This document shows, piece after piece, positions 26,716-34,222 of a stretch of DNA of 34,222 nt; positions within the stretch are counted from its first letter, which is position 1; every line of letters begins with the position of its first letter. Made by a program: the position numbers and the translations under genes. The notes beneath the pieces are model-generated. The model searched no databases and was not told the origin of the DNA. It saw nothing but the letters and a program-made list of their open reading frames with translations. This DNA comes from a virus (Duplodnaviria; Caudoviricetes): positions 1 to 34,222 of IMG/VR virus record IMGVR_UViG_3300038679_000375; one strand, 5' to 3'.

Positions 26716-28268
26716 CTAAAGATAAATCTCCTGACCCTGACTCTGTTTCTGCCAATGTCGTACTCAGAGAAGCGTTCCAGACAGCCTGCCAGGGCATCAC
26801 AGCCATCGATATAGCCATCAGGATAGGTTAAAAACTGACTAATCAGGGTGGGTGTATCCTGCCCGTCAGGAAAGAGGATTTTGGCAGTTTCAATAAGCGT
26901 CTCAGTCCGCTCTATCCTCAGGTTCTTGTTTTCCTTGTTGTCGATACGCTTGATTCTATGGGATATAGGCGGTAAATGATTATCGGTTGCCCACCGGTCG
27001 AAGTCGGCTAAGATGCGACCTTGTCCATAGGTGGTTTCAATAGCTGATCTGAACTTGACTCTATAGGTTCTGTCCAATTCCTGATAGGTATCATAGTAGT
27101 ACCGGAAGAACTTGGTATTCTCGGTCTGACGTATCCAGACACTAAGCACGTAGAATTTATTACCATCATAGCCGATGGAGATGACTGCCTTGAAGCAGCC
27201 CTTCTCACCCCAAGCCGGGTCAGCATAGAGCCAGACCCTCTTAATTTGAGTAGGGATCGGCAGGGTTCTATACCTGGTAAACCAGTGATGCTTGAAGATA
27301 TTGCCTTCTATGACCGGCTGTCCCAACATCTCCCTCTGATAACCGGTATTGCCGAACTTGGCTCTCAGGCTATGTAAGGTAGCAGTAGGATACTGCTCTT
27401 CCCAGGTTGAGGTACCGTCAGGGTTCTCCAAAGAAAAGCGCAAAATCGCTTTTTGGTGGGTTTTCAGAACAGATACGACATTGGAGTCGACTTCCGGGTG
27501 TTCTGCCTTTATTTCGTCTATTATGAGGTTCAGGAACTGACAGATGGCATAATTAGGATGTACCAGGTTACCCAGCCAGATCACCTTGCCGGGTTGTCCC
27601 GGGTCCAAGGCACCGGCAAGCTCTTGAGTGATCTTCTCCATTCTACGCTTCCCGATAGACTGGTTGCCCATGTTCTCTTCTTTATCGATATCATCACAGA
27701 TCAAGAGTCCGGGTCGCTTGGCTGTCTTGGGATTGATGGTTCCCCGGTGGGATTGCTTAATGCTCCTGGCTCGGATGCGGGTCTTGTTCTTCAGATAGAA
27801 GTCCAGATCGAAAGTATCTACTGGTTGCAGCTCCGGTAAGTCAGATAGTAAACGTCTATTGTTAATCAGCTCGTGCAGGGTAAAGGCTGTGCGTTCCTGC
27901 GCCAGATCGACATCGGCTGCAGTATGGATGATATACCGTTCTCCTTTGACGATCTTCCAGATAGGATAGACCACACCCATGAGTACCGTTTTGCCCAACC
28001 CACGAAAACCGGTGATAGCGATGATGCCTGTGCTCTTATCAGTTTCATCAAACATCGTCTCATGGGCTGGGCAGAAAGGTAAGGTAAAGACATGTGGAAA
28101 ATAGGTCCTGGCAAAGAACGAGAAAGCATCCCAGCCTTCCCCCTTGGTTCTGGCTATGCGCTCTTCCTTAGCTTCAGGGTTATCGTCTATAAATGGCAAA
28201 ACGGAGATCGTTTTTGAGGCGATCTCCGTCAGTGCCTTGTTATGCCTTTGAATAAACTTCTTAGGCAT
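26712..28268 (-). CDS. terL: Terminase large subunit
   Basis: GFRGLGKT Walker A, LLICDD Walker B, YQREM, YADPA nuclease motif and DGCDAL. Confidence 0.88.
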   Translation of the reverse strand: MPKKFIQRHNKALTEIASKTISVLPFIDDNPEAKEERIARTKGEGWDAFSFFARTYFPHVFTLPFCPAHETMFDETDKSTGIIAITGFRGLGKTVLMGVVYPIWKIVKGERYIIHTAADVDLAQERTAFTLHELINNRRLLSDLPELQPVDTFDLDFYLKNKTRIRARSIKQSHRGTINPKTAKRPGLLICDDIDKEENMGNQSIGKRRMEKITQELAGALDPGQPGKVIWLGNLVHPNYAICQFLNLIIDEIKAEHPEVDSNVVSVLKTHQKAILRFSLENPDGTSTWEEQYPTATLHSLRAKFGNTGYQREMLGQPVIEGNIFKHHWFTRYRTLPIPTQIKRVWLYADPAWGEKGCFKAVISIGYDGNKFYVLSVWIRQTENTKFFRYYYDTYQELDRTYRVKFRSAIETTYGQGRILADFDRWATDNHLPPISHRIKRIDNKENKNLRIERTETLIETAKILFPDGQDTPTLISQFLTYPDGYIDGCDALAGCLERFSEYDIGRNRVRVRRFIFR

Positions 28269-28314
28269 AACTGGGGATGGGAGGGCTTAGGGGGTATCGG
28301 AGGGCTGTCATGAT

Positions 28315-28764
28315 TTATCCGTTACGAATACGTAGATAATCAGCTAAATCCAGGACGATTGCCTGGAACTGCTTGAGCAAGGTTTCATAACCTTTCTCGA
28401 CCATGAAGTCAGTGGTTTGATCTAAAAACTTTACGATGTAGTCATTGAGTTCCTTGGCAGGTTCGTCATCCTTCTGGTTCTGCTTGATCAGAGAGACTAA
28501 AGACTGCAGAGCGGTATCAGCCGGGTTCTTGGCATATTCCCTCAAGGCTTGAATCAGAGCCCTCTTTCTGGCGGTTCTGATCTCGGCATCGAGCTTACGT
28601 TCTTCCTTGAACAGGGTATCCCAATTACCCGACTTGATCCACTTACGGACGGTTATCTCTGACACACCAAAGATGATGCCCAACTCATTGGGATCGGTTT
28701 TCCCATTTAAGTAGGCTTGCTTACAGTTATCCCGTTTGATGCGGAACTCGTTGGCGTTACTCAT
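28315..28764 (-). CDS. Putative terminase small subunit (HTH)
   Basis: 'FGVSEITVRKWIKSGNWD' HTH; directly upstream of terL; ATG at 28764 overlaps the upstream gene's stop (alternative start 28788). Confidence 0.7.
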   Translation of the reverse strand: MSNANEFRIKRDNCKQAYLNGKTDPNELGIIFGVSEITVRKWIKSGNWDTLFKEERKLDAEIRTARKRALIQALREYAKNPADTALQSLVSLIKQNQKDDEPAKELNDYIVKFLDQTTDFMVEKGYETLLKQFQAIVLDLADYLRIRNG

Positions 28765-29002
28765 TCTCAGGTTGCACCTTATGCTCATCCAGGTATTGAT
28801 TGATGTCTTTGCCGTGCACCCGGAGTGGACCTTTATCCGTCAGCCGGTAGGCAGGCAGGGGGTCCAGCGGATCCCTGATCATCCTATATACGGTTGATCT
28901 ATCGATGTTCAGAGCCTCCGCTATCTCATCGGGTCTATAATAACGGTCATTAAAACTATCCATTTTGTTCTCAGCTTCCATATTTTTTACTGCTGCCAGC
29001 AT
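28757..29002 (-). CDS. Excisionase-type HTH DNA-binding protein, candidate late regulator
   Basis: 'YYRPDEIAEALNIDRSTVYRMI...LPAYR'; AGGAGGT SD. Confidence 0.75.
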   Translation of the reverse strand: MLAAVKNMEAENKMDSFNDRYYRPDEIAEALNIDRSTVYRMIRDPLDPLPAYRLTDKGPLRVHGKDINQYLDEHKVQPENE

Positions 29003-29032
29003 AATAACCTCCTGCTATAGGTCAAAGCACCC

Positions 29033-29057
29033 TGCCTTATCCTGCGACAGATTTTAT
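29033..29057. promoter_or_regulatory. Conserved 25-bp motif upstream of the HTH-terminase operon (copy 2)
   Basis: TGCCTTATCCTGCGACAGATTTTAT; matches 14970-14994. Confidence 0.6.
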
Positions 29058-29668
29058 AGGGAGCTGAAGTTAAGGACAACTTTCTGGAAGTTGCCATGTT
29101 CATCTTTAACATAGAACACCACATACTGCTTGGTGGAGGTAACCAGGATAGCCTTGTCGATCAGTTCCATCGCTTCATGCCAGGTCTGGTCTTTAATTTT
29201 GTAACGGCGTAGGGAGAGGATACGGTACTTGGCGATCTCGCCTTTCTTATCGACTTGGAAGGCTTCGGTGATGATAGCTTTGAGGTTATCGTTGGAGTCG
29301 CTTGACCACCGCTTAAGGCACTCATCGATCTTCTGCTTAGCCAGTTGCAACTCGATGCCGAACTGGATACGCTCCCGGTAACGGATCTCGATCTTGTACT
29401 GCTCATTGAAGTTGATCAGCAGGGCATTGCCCTTCCATTGCAGACCATTGCGCCGGGCAACATCACTCAGGTAATCCTCAATGATACCGACGATCTTCTG
29501 CTTGTCATGGATGATACGTTCCTGGAGCTTGAGGGCTTGCTCCATTGCTTTGTTGACGACTGAGTCCTTGTCCAGGATGTCCTGGTTGACGACTTTGATG
29601 GGTATCTCCCTGCCTTGGGCATCGGTCAGGGTACGTTCTTTGGATGGGGTTCTTTTAACCTTGGTCAT
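29054..29668 (-). CDS. DUF3164-family protein of Mu-like phages
   Basis: 'KGNALL', 'LQLAKQKIDECL..W', 'AFQVDKKG' and 'WHEAMELI' patterns; early-region position. Confidence 0.8.
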   Translation of the reverse strand: MTKVKRTPSKERTLTDAQGREIPIKVVNQDILDKDSVVNKAMEQALKLQERIIHDKQKIVGIIEDYLSDVARRNGLQWKGNALLINFNEQYKIEIRYRERIQFGIELQLAKQKIDECLKRWSSDSNDNLKAIITEAFQVDKKGEIAKYRILSLRRYKIKDQTWHEAMELIDKAILVTSTKQYVVFYVKDEHGNFQKVVLNFSSL

Positions 29669-30107
29669 GTGAATCCTCCTTAGATTCCTTATTTATGTTG
29701 GAATTTGTATTATTTTCAGTTTTAGATTGCTTATTGATATAGGACTGCAGCATAGCTATGACGGCTCTGCGTTCCGATTTGTTGAGCAGATTCCAGTGGC
29801 TTTTATGGTAATGCTTGATCATAAAGGAACGGACATCGGCTTCAGTCCAATGAGCTTGTTTCATCAGGGCAAACATGAATCTGCCCTGCTTGTCATAAGT
29901 GAAGATCTGGGGACGACCATGCTTACGGTAGTTGAGCATTAGGGATTTGAGCTCAACCAACTTCGCTTCCGGCAAAGCCTTGAGTGAGTCGCCAAAGCCC
30001 AGACCGCTAATGATGAACTTGAATCCCTCCACAGGCCAGCCTAACTTCTTGACCCGGAGAGCATGGATTTGCTGACGTAGTTTGCGTTCCCGTAGTTCCT
30101 GTGTCAT
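29655..30107 (-). CDS. GemA / Mu gp16-like regulatory protein
   Basis: 'QIHALRVKKLG...SLKAL...L' and C-terminal 'AVIAMLQS'; Mu early-region synteny. Confidence 0.6.
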   Translation of the reverse strand: MTQELRERKLRQQIHALRVKKLGWPVEGFKFIISGLGFGDSLKALPEAKLVELKSLMLNYRKHGRPQIFTYDKQGRFMFALMKQAHWTEADVRSFMIKHYHKSHWNLLNKSERRAVIAMLQSYINKQSKTENNTNSNINKESKEDSHDQG

Positions 30108-30132
30108 AGAATGCCCCTTAATAACCTGTTAG

Positions 30133-30825
30133 TTAATCTGACTTACAGCCCATGCTGTGCAAATAGGCTATATACTTGTTTTTGGCTGCTTGGCGCCGAC
30201 GCTGCTGTTCCTGGCGTTCCAATTGTCTGGTTTTGAAGATGGCTTGCCGTTTCTTCTCCCTCTGTTCAGAGCGTTCCAGCATTTCCTGGCGTTCCTGTTC
30301 CCGTTTTTCCTTATTGGCTTGGCTAACTTGTTTCCGCTTTTCACCATGTGGGGAGCGCAAATCACCCAGAATACCGGGCTTGATCTGACTGCCAATCTGG
30401 TTTAGGTTGTCTCTGGTGATTACGTAATAGTTACAGATTCTGCCTTTGACCCCAATTATTCCAAGTGATGCCAGTGCCTCCAGATAGACGAACACCCACT
30501 GCCGACTGCGACCGAAGTCCTTAGCTATGACCCGGATGGAGTTGTATTGCTTGCTGTCCAACAGATCAAGCAGAGCCGAGGCAGCTTGGGGATCAAACTT
30601 CCAGTCACCTTTCTGATTATATCCGACTATAGGGTTATAGCGCTGACATCTGACATAGATAGACTCTGTTTCCGAGATGCGCTTGACCAGGTTCTCGGTT
30701 ATCAGTTCAGGCAGCATCTGCTCTATCTCACTTGCCGGCAGACCGGTCAGGTTAGCCGCACTCTCCACTGAGAAGGGCTTCTTGTACTGCCTGACGAAAT
30801 TGAGCAGCAGGTCTTTTGGAGTCAT
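30133..30825 (-). CDS. Hypothetical DNA-binding protein (two winged-helix-like regions + charged coiled coil)
   Basis: 'SAANLTGLPASEIEQMLPEL' and 'IAKDFGRSRQWVFVYLEAL..LGII'; coupled to the MuB-like gene. Confidence 0.55.
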   Translation of the reverse strand: MTPKDLLLNFVRQYKKPFSVESAANLTGLPASEIEQMLPELITENLVKRISETESIYVRCQRYNPIVGYNQKGDWKFDPQAASALLDLLDSKQYNSIRVIAKDFGRSRQWVFVYLEALASLGIIGVKGRICNYYVITRDNLNQIGSQIKPGILGDLRSPHGEKRKQVSQANKEKREQERQEMLERSEQREKKRQAIFKTRQLERQEQQRRRQAAKNKYIAYLHSMGCKSD

Positions 30826-31532
30826 CTGGCTTCCTGCAGGTTGATGATTTTGGGCTGAGGTCTTCTCATTTGCTCGGTTTCCAGCATATGCATCATCTTC
30901 ATGGCTTTTCTAAGGTTGCCCTTGCAGTGCCGGTGGATATCATCGACGATCTGTTCGGTAGCTTCGATCTCCATAACTTCCCGGGCGATCAGCTTGATGT
31001 CTTTCTTGGTCACAGACTGGAACTCATAGAAGGAATTGCATCTATCAAAGTAGTACTCATTGATCTGCGCCAGCCTGTCCTTGGCATTCTGCATCCCGAC
31101 CAGGATGACCACAGTCAGGGTCTCATCCACGATGTCCCGGATCGCACCTAACAGCTTATCATGCCTGAAGGCATAATCGATCTCATCAATCACGATGACG
31201 GTGTCCTCATGGTCTTCCAATATCTGCATACTGAGTTTGAACAGGTTATTGGTTGTGCCGTTGGGGATGTATTCACCTAAGTTGAATCTGCGATATAAGG
31301 CAGTTAGCAGTTCCACTGAGAAAGCTTTGGGTGTGGTTGTTGCTTCCAGTCTCAGGTAGATATAACCTCTGCTATAAGCGATACGGCTGGCATAGGTGGT
31401 CTTGCCCAAGCCGGGTCTGCCATAGATCAGTCCCAGACCGACCATCTCTAACTTGGGTCGATTGAGCAGGAAGTTGATGCACTCATCAGCTTCCACTACA
31501 TTGGTGATACGCACCAGATTGCCTTGTTTCAT
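30822..31532 (-). CDS. MuB/TniB-like AAA+ transposition ATPase
   Basis: GRPGLGKT, IVIDEID, VILVGM and GNLR; AAGGAGGA SD supports ATG at 31532. Confidence 0.88.
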   Translation of the reverse strand: MKQGNLVRITNVVEADECINFLLNRPKLEMVGLGLIYGRPGLGKTTYASRIAYSRGYIYLRLEATTTPKAFSVELLTALYRRFNLGEYIPNGTTNNLFKLSMQILEDHEDTVIVIDEIDYAFRHDKLLGAIRDIVDETLTVVILVGMQNAKDRLAQINEYYFDRCNSFYEFQSVTKKDIKLIAREVMEIEATEQIVDDIHRHCKGNLRKAMKMMHMLETEQMRRPQPKIINLQEAR

Positions 31533-31545
31533 GTTATCCTCCTTA

Positions 31546-33651
31546 TTATTTGATGCCGATAAAGGCGAGCATCTCTTCAAAGCTCTTGGCTTTGGGTTTG
31601 ATCTCGTCCTCGTCAGTCTCGGTTACAGGGTTGGGTGTGAAGTTTACTATATGCTCCGGCTTCGCCTCTGGTCTGACCACTTCCGGTAGCTCCAGCTTGG
31701 GCTGGCTCTGCATGACTTGTTTCTCCAGAGTCTCGATCAGTTGGTCGGTAGAAGGTTCCGGAGGAGTGATCATAGGCGGCTGAATGAAGGTGGGATTGGG
31801 CTCATCTTTAGATATCTGCAGCGGTTTGACATAGGCATCCACCACTTCCTGTGTATGCCTGACCACTTGCTTGGTTCTCTGTTCGATGGTCTTCTGATGG
31901 CGTTTATTGGCTTTATACTCTTTACTGAGTTCACTCTGGGAGATGGGATTAGATGTATCTAAATGGATGAAAGGATCTTGCGCTCTTCTTACCTCTGCCT
32001 GGCAGATGAAGTTGTCCTGCAAGTCATAGACTAGTATCCATCTTGCATCAGCCAGATCATACCGAATCAGGATTTCCTTGCCTATATGCCCGATTAAGGC
32101 TACATCCCAGTACATTAGCTTGTTAAGCATGATCCCGTTATTACGGAGAGTCTTACGGACAGTGGAGAGCATCAGGAAGTTGAGTTTGGATGCTTCCACC
32201 TTACGCTCTTGCGGACAAGGATTGCCATTATACACATCCCAGGGAGTCATGCCATTCAAACCATTATGAGGAGTTTCACCATACATATGCCTGATGAAGT
32301 AGGCAATCATCTGCATGGCCTCCTCCAGGGTTGGAGGTTGAACCTCAAACAGCTTCTTAGCCCACTTCTCATTACGCATTAGCGTGGCTGGCTTATCTGC
32401 GACACTAGCACCTCTGAAACTTGAGATGAACCGTTCAAAGCGTTCCTGGAAGGTTTTGAAGAACCGCTCGATGATCTTGGCTTTGGCATTATAGCTCTCA
32501 GCGAAGGCGACTTGCACCTCTAATCTGGGGAAGATCCCACCCAACTCAGTCTGCAGGTCATGGGCTTCCCAGCGTTCATTAAACAGCTTTGATTTAAAGG
32601 CTTTGCCATTATCTAAATAGACATACTTGGGCACTCCTCCGTAGTTGAGGAAGGCATTCCTAAAAGCGATCTGGATGTGCTGGCTGTCCTCGGTATAGGC
32701 TAAGGATGCTCCCACTGGGTAGCGGCTTGCCCAGTCAAAAACCATGATCATGGTCATGCGCTGTGACTTGCCTGTCTTGGGGTTCATAATGTCAAAAGAG
32801 AGGGTATGCCCATCCGCTACCCAGACACTGCCGACCTCCAACTGCGAGTTATCTCTCATAATGGTCTTTACAATGTGTTCCGCCACGCGTTTGCTACCGA
32901 ATCTGGCTTGAGTCCAGATGGCTCGGTTATCTCTCTCCCAATCATCGCACCAGCGTTTGAGGGTGGGAACTGAACTGGGGGACTCCAACATGCCCAGCCT
33001 GGCATAGCTCTTTAAGGTGGCGACAGCAGAGCCAACTTTGACCTGATGAGGTGTCAGCAAAGTGTTGAGCAGGAAGTTCTGCTCCACATAGGTGACTTTC
33101 CTGCCCCGAGGCTGATGCTTACCCTTATGGATCAGAGCGAACATGTCCCTTTTGGCATCCAGGTACTTCTCCACCCAGTGCCGCAAGGCTCGTTCACTGC
33201 GCTTACCCTTAAGCTTGAGTAACTCGGGGTTCAAACTGCCTTGGTTGTATTCTGAAGTGATTGCTTGCCACTCCTCGGTCTTGGAGGAGCAGCTTTCCAA
33301 CCGGCTCAGGGTAGTTTCACAGAAGTGTGCCAGTTTCTGAGCCTCTGGCAAACAACTGAGCGGTTCCCACTTGGTCGGCTCCAGATTGACATGTTTCATA
33401 CCATAGGGATATACAGGCTCTGACTCAATTGATTGGTCATATGCTTCGTTTAAGTTTCTTAAGTCTATAGGTTCAGGTACATATATAGGCTCAGATTCGA
33501 TAATTTGCTCCGTCTGGAGCATTTTATCATCTGAATCAATAGAACTCAGGTTGAAGGACTCTCCAGACTTGAGCTTATGGGTTACTTCCTCAGCATTGGT
33601 CCCCAGCTTAGTATTATCGACTAGGGAGTAGATCTCTTCAGTTCTGTCCAT
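31546..33651 (-). CDS. MuA-like DDE transposase
   Basis: Catalytic triad WVADGH / YLDNGKAF / IIERFF; C-terminal 'IRYDLAD..ILVYD' Mu transposase domain. Confidence 0.93.
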   Translation of the reverse strand: MDRTEEIYSLVDNTKLGTNAEEVTHKLKSGESFNLSSIDSDDKMLQTEQIIESEPIYVPEPIDLRNLNEAYDQSIESEPVYPYGMKHVNLEPTKWEPLSCLPEAQKLAHFCETTLSRLESCSSKTEEWQAITSEYNQGSLNPELLKLKGKRSERALRHWVEKYLDAKRDMFALIHKGKHQPRGRKVTYVEQNFLLNTLLTPHQVKVGSAVATLKSYARLGMLESPSSVPTLKRWCDDWERDNRAIWTQARFGSKRVAEHIVKTIMRDNSQLEVGSVWVADGHTLSFDIMNPKTGKSQRMTMIMVFDWASRYPVGASLAYTEDSQHIQIAFRNAFLNYGGVPKYVYLDNGKAFKSKLFNERWEAHDLQTELGGIFPRLEVQVAFAESYNAKAKIIERFFKTFQERFERFISSFRGASVADKPATLMRNEKWAKKLFEVQPPTLEEAMQMIAYFIRHMYGETPHNGLNGMTPWDVYNGNPCPQERKVEASKLNFLMLSTVRKTLRNNGIMLNKLMYWDVALIGHIGKEILIRYDLADARWILVYDLQDNFICQAEVRRAQDPFIHLDTSNPISQSELSKEYKANKRHQKTIEQRTKQVVRHTQEVVDAYVKPLQISKDEPNPTFIQPPMITPPEPSTDQLIETLEKQVMQSQPKLELPEVVRPEAKPEHIVNFTPNPVTETDEDEIKPKAKSFEEMLAFIGIK

Positions 33652-33967
33652 ACCCTACTGCCTTTTCCTTATTATAGGAGACGATAAACAGAGTGACATA
33701 ATCGTCACTGCCGATAGTCATCAGTTCTAGTCCCAAATGCTGGGGTACCACTCCCTGCTTACGGCAGAGTGACTTATCAAGATCGATTGTCTCCTGTCCA
33801 ACCAGGATGAAGGACTTGCTGGTATGGCTACGGTCACTTTTAACCGTCCGCTTGACCGCCACTAAGCTGCCGTCCTCTATCTGTCTTCTTATGGTCTTAA
33901 TCGACTTGCCCGTAAGTTCAGCTACCCTGGCTAAGGGCAGCCAGACCAGTTCCGCTTTCAAAGCCAT
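33638..33967 (-). CDS. HTH DNA-binding protein upstream of the transposase (start probably 33967; frame is open to 34222)
   Basis: 'WLPLARVAELTGKSIKTIRRQI'; GGAAGGA SD before ATG at 33967. Confidence 0.65.
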   Translation of the reverse strand: MALKAELVWLPLARVAELTGKSIKTIRRQIEDGSLVAVKRTVKSDRSHTSKSFILVGQETIDLDKSLCRKQGVVPQHLGLELMTIGSDDYVTLFIVSYNKEKAVGYGQN

Positions 33968-34016
33968 GACATATCCTTCCATATTCAAATATCGTTTTAG
34001 CGTGTCAGCCGGAATC

Positions 34017-34172
34017 GGACTTGGACATTTTGAGTTTGGACTTGGACATTTCCCTGAGCACTTGGACAAAAATAGTCCAAAAGAACTCACATTGTGCTTG
34101 GAAGCTATACGCAAAGCCAACTTAGGACTGTTTTGTCCAAGCCCAGGCTCAATCTTTCGGACTTGGACATTT
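34017..34172. repeat. GGACTTGGACATTT repeat array, operator/enhancer-like
   Basis: Exact copies at 34017, 34038 and 34159; variant at 34058; inverted variant at 34131-34144; palindrome TTGGAC-N7-GTCCAA at 34062-34080. Confidence 0.7.
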
Positions 34173-34222
34173 TTCAACCGGCAGATTTTACATCCGCCTT
34201 CTGCTCTGTTCAGTGCGTTCAT

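Larger units (their letters stand above)
931..34222 (-). mobile_element. Mu-like transposable prophage with siphovirus-type tail; the repressor end lies beyond the window
   Basis: DDE transposase plus MuB-like ATPase, GemA-like, DUF3164, terminase, MuF, portal, capsid, tail tube and tape measure genes; no tail sheath seen; TG terminus at 931 followed by a repeat array. Confidence 0.9.

Noticed and set aside
33638-33680. -1 frameshift fusion of the HTH gene to the transposase
   Set aside because: The transposase is in the +1 frame, has an in-frame TAG two codons before its ATG, and no slippery site is evident.

Overview
Most of the window (about 931 to beyond the right edge) is a Mu-like transposable prophage on the minus strand. 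One lipoprotein gene (1-810), probably host, lies outside it. Read right to left, the prophage has an operator-like repeat array, an HTH gene, a DDE transposase (MuA-like), an AAA+ MuB-like ATPase, GemA-like and DUF3164 genes, a small HTH regulator, small and large terminase, and MuF. Next comes a ~10.7 kb AT-rich, opposite-strand anti-phage cassette: type III R-M Mod and Res, an OLD-family ATPase-TOPRIM nuclease, a REase-NACHT protein, and an HNH fused to ORF6C- and GemA-like domains. A late operon follows with lysozyme, neck proteins, a PBSX-type portal, a fused protease-scaffold-capsid, holin-like genes, tail tube, a tail chaperone with a clear -1 frameshift site, two tandem Dam-family methyltransferases, a small moron, tape measure and tail-tip genes. 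It ends in an array of 21-22 bp repeats just inside a TG terminus. The most notable points are the defence hotspot, the non-Mu head on a transposable backbone, the paired MTases inside the tail module, and a 25-bp motif shared upstream of two phage operons. All product calls come from motifs recognised by eye and from synteny; no database searches were run.
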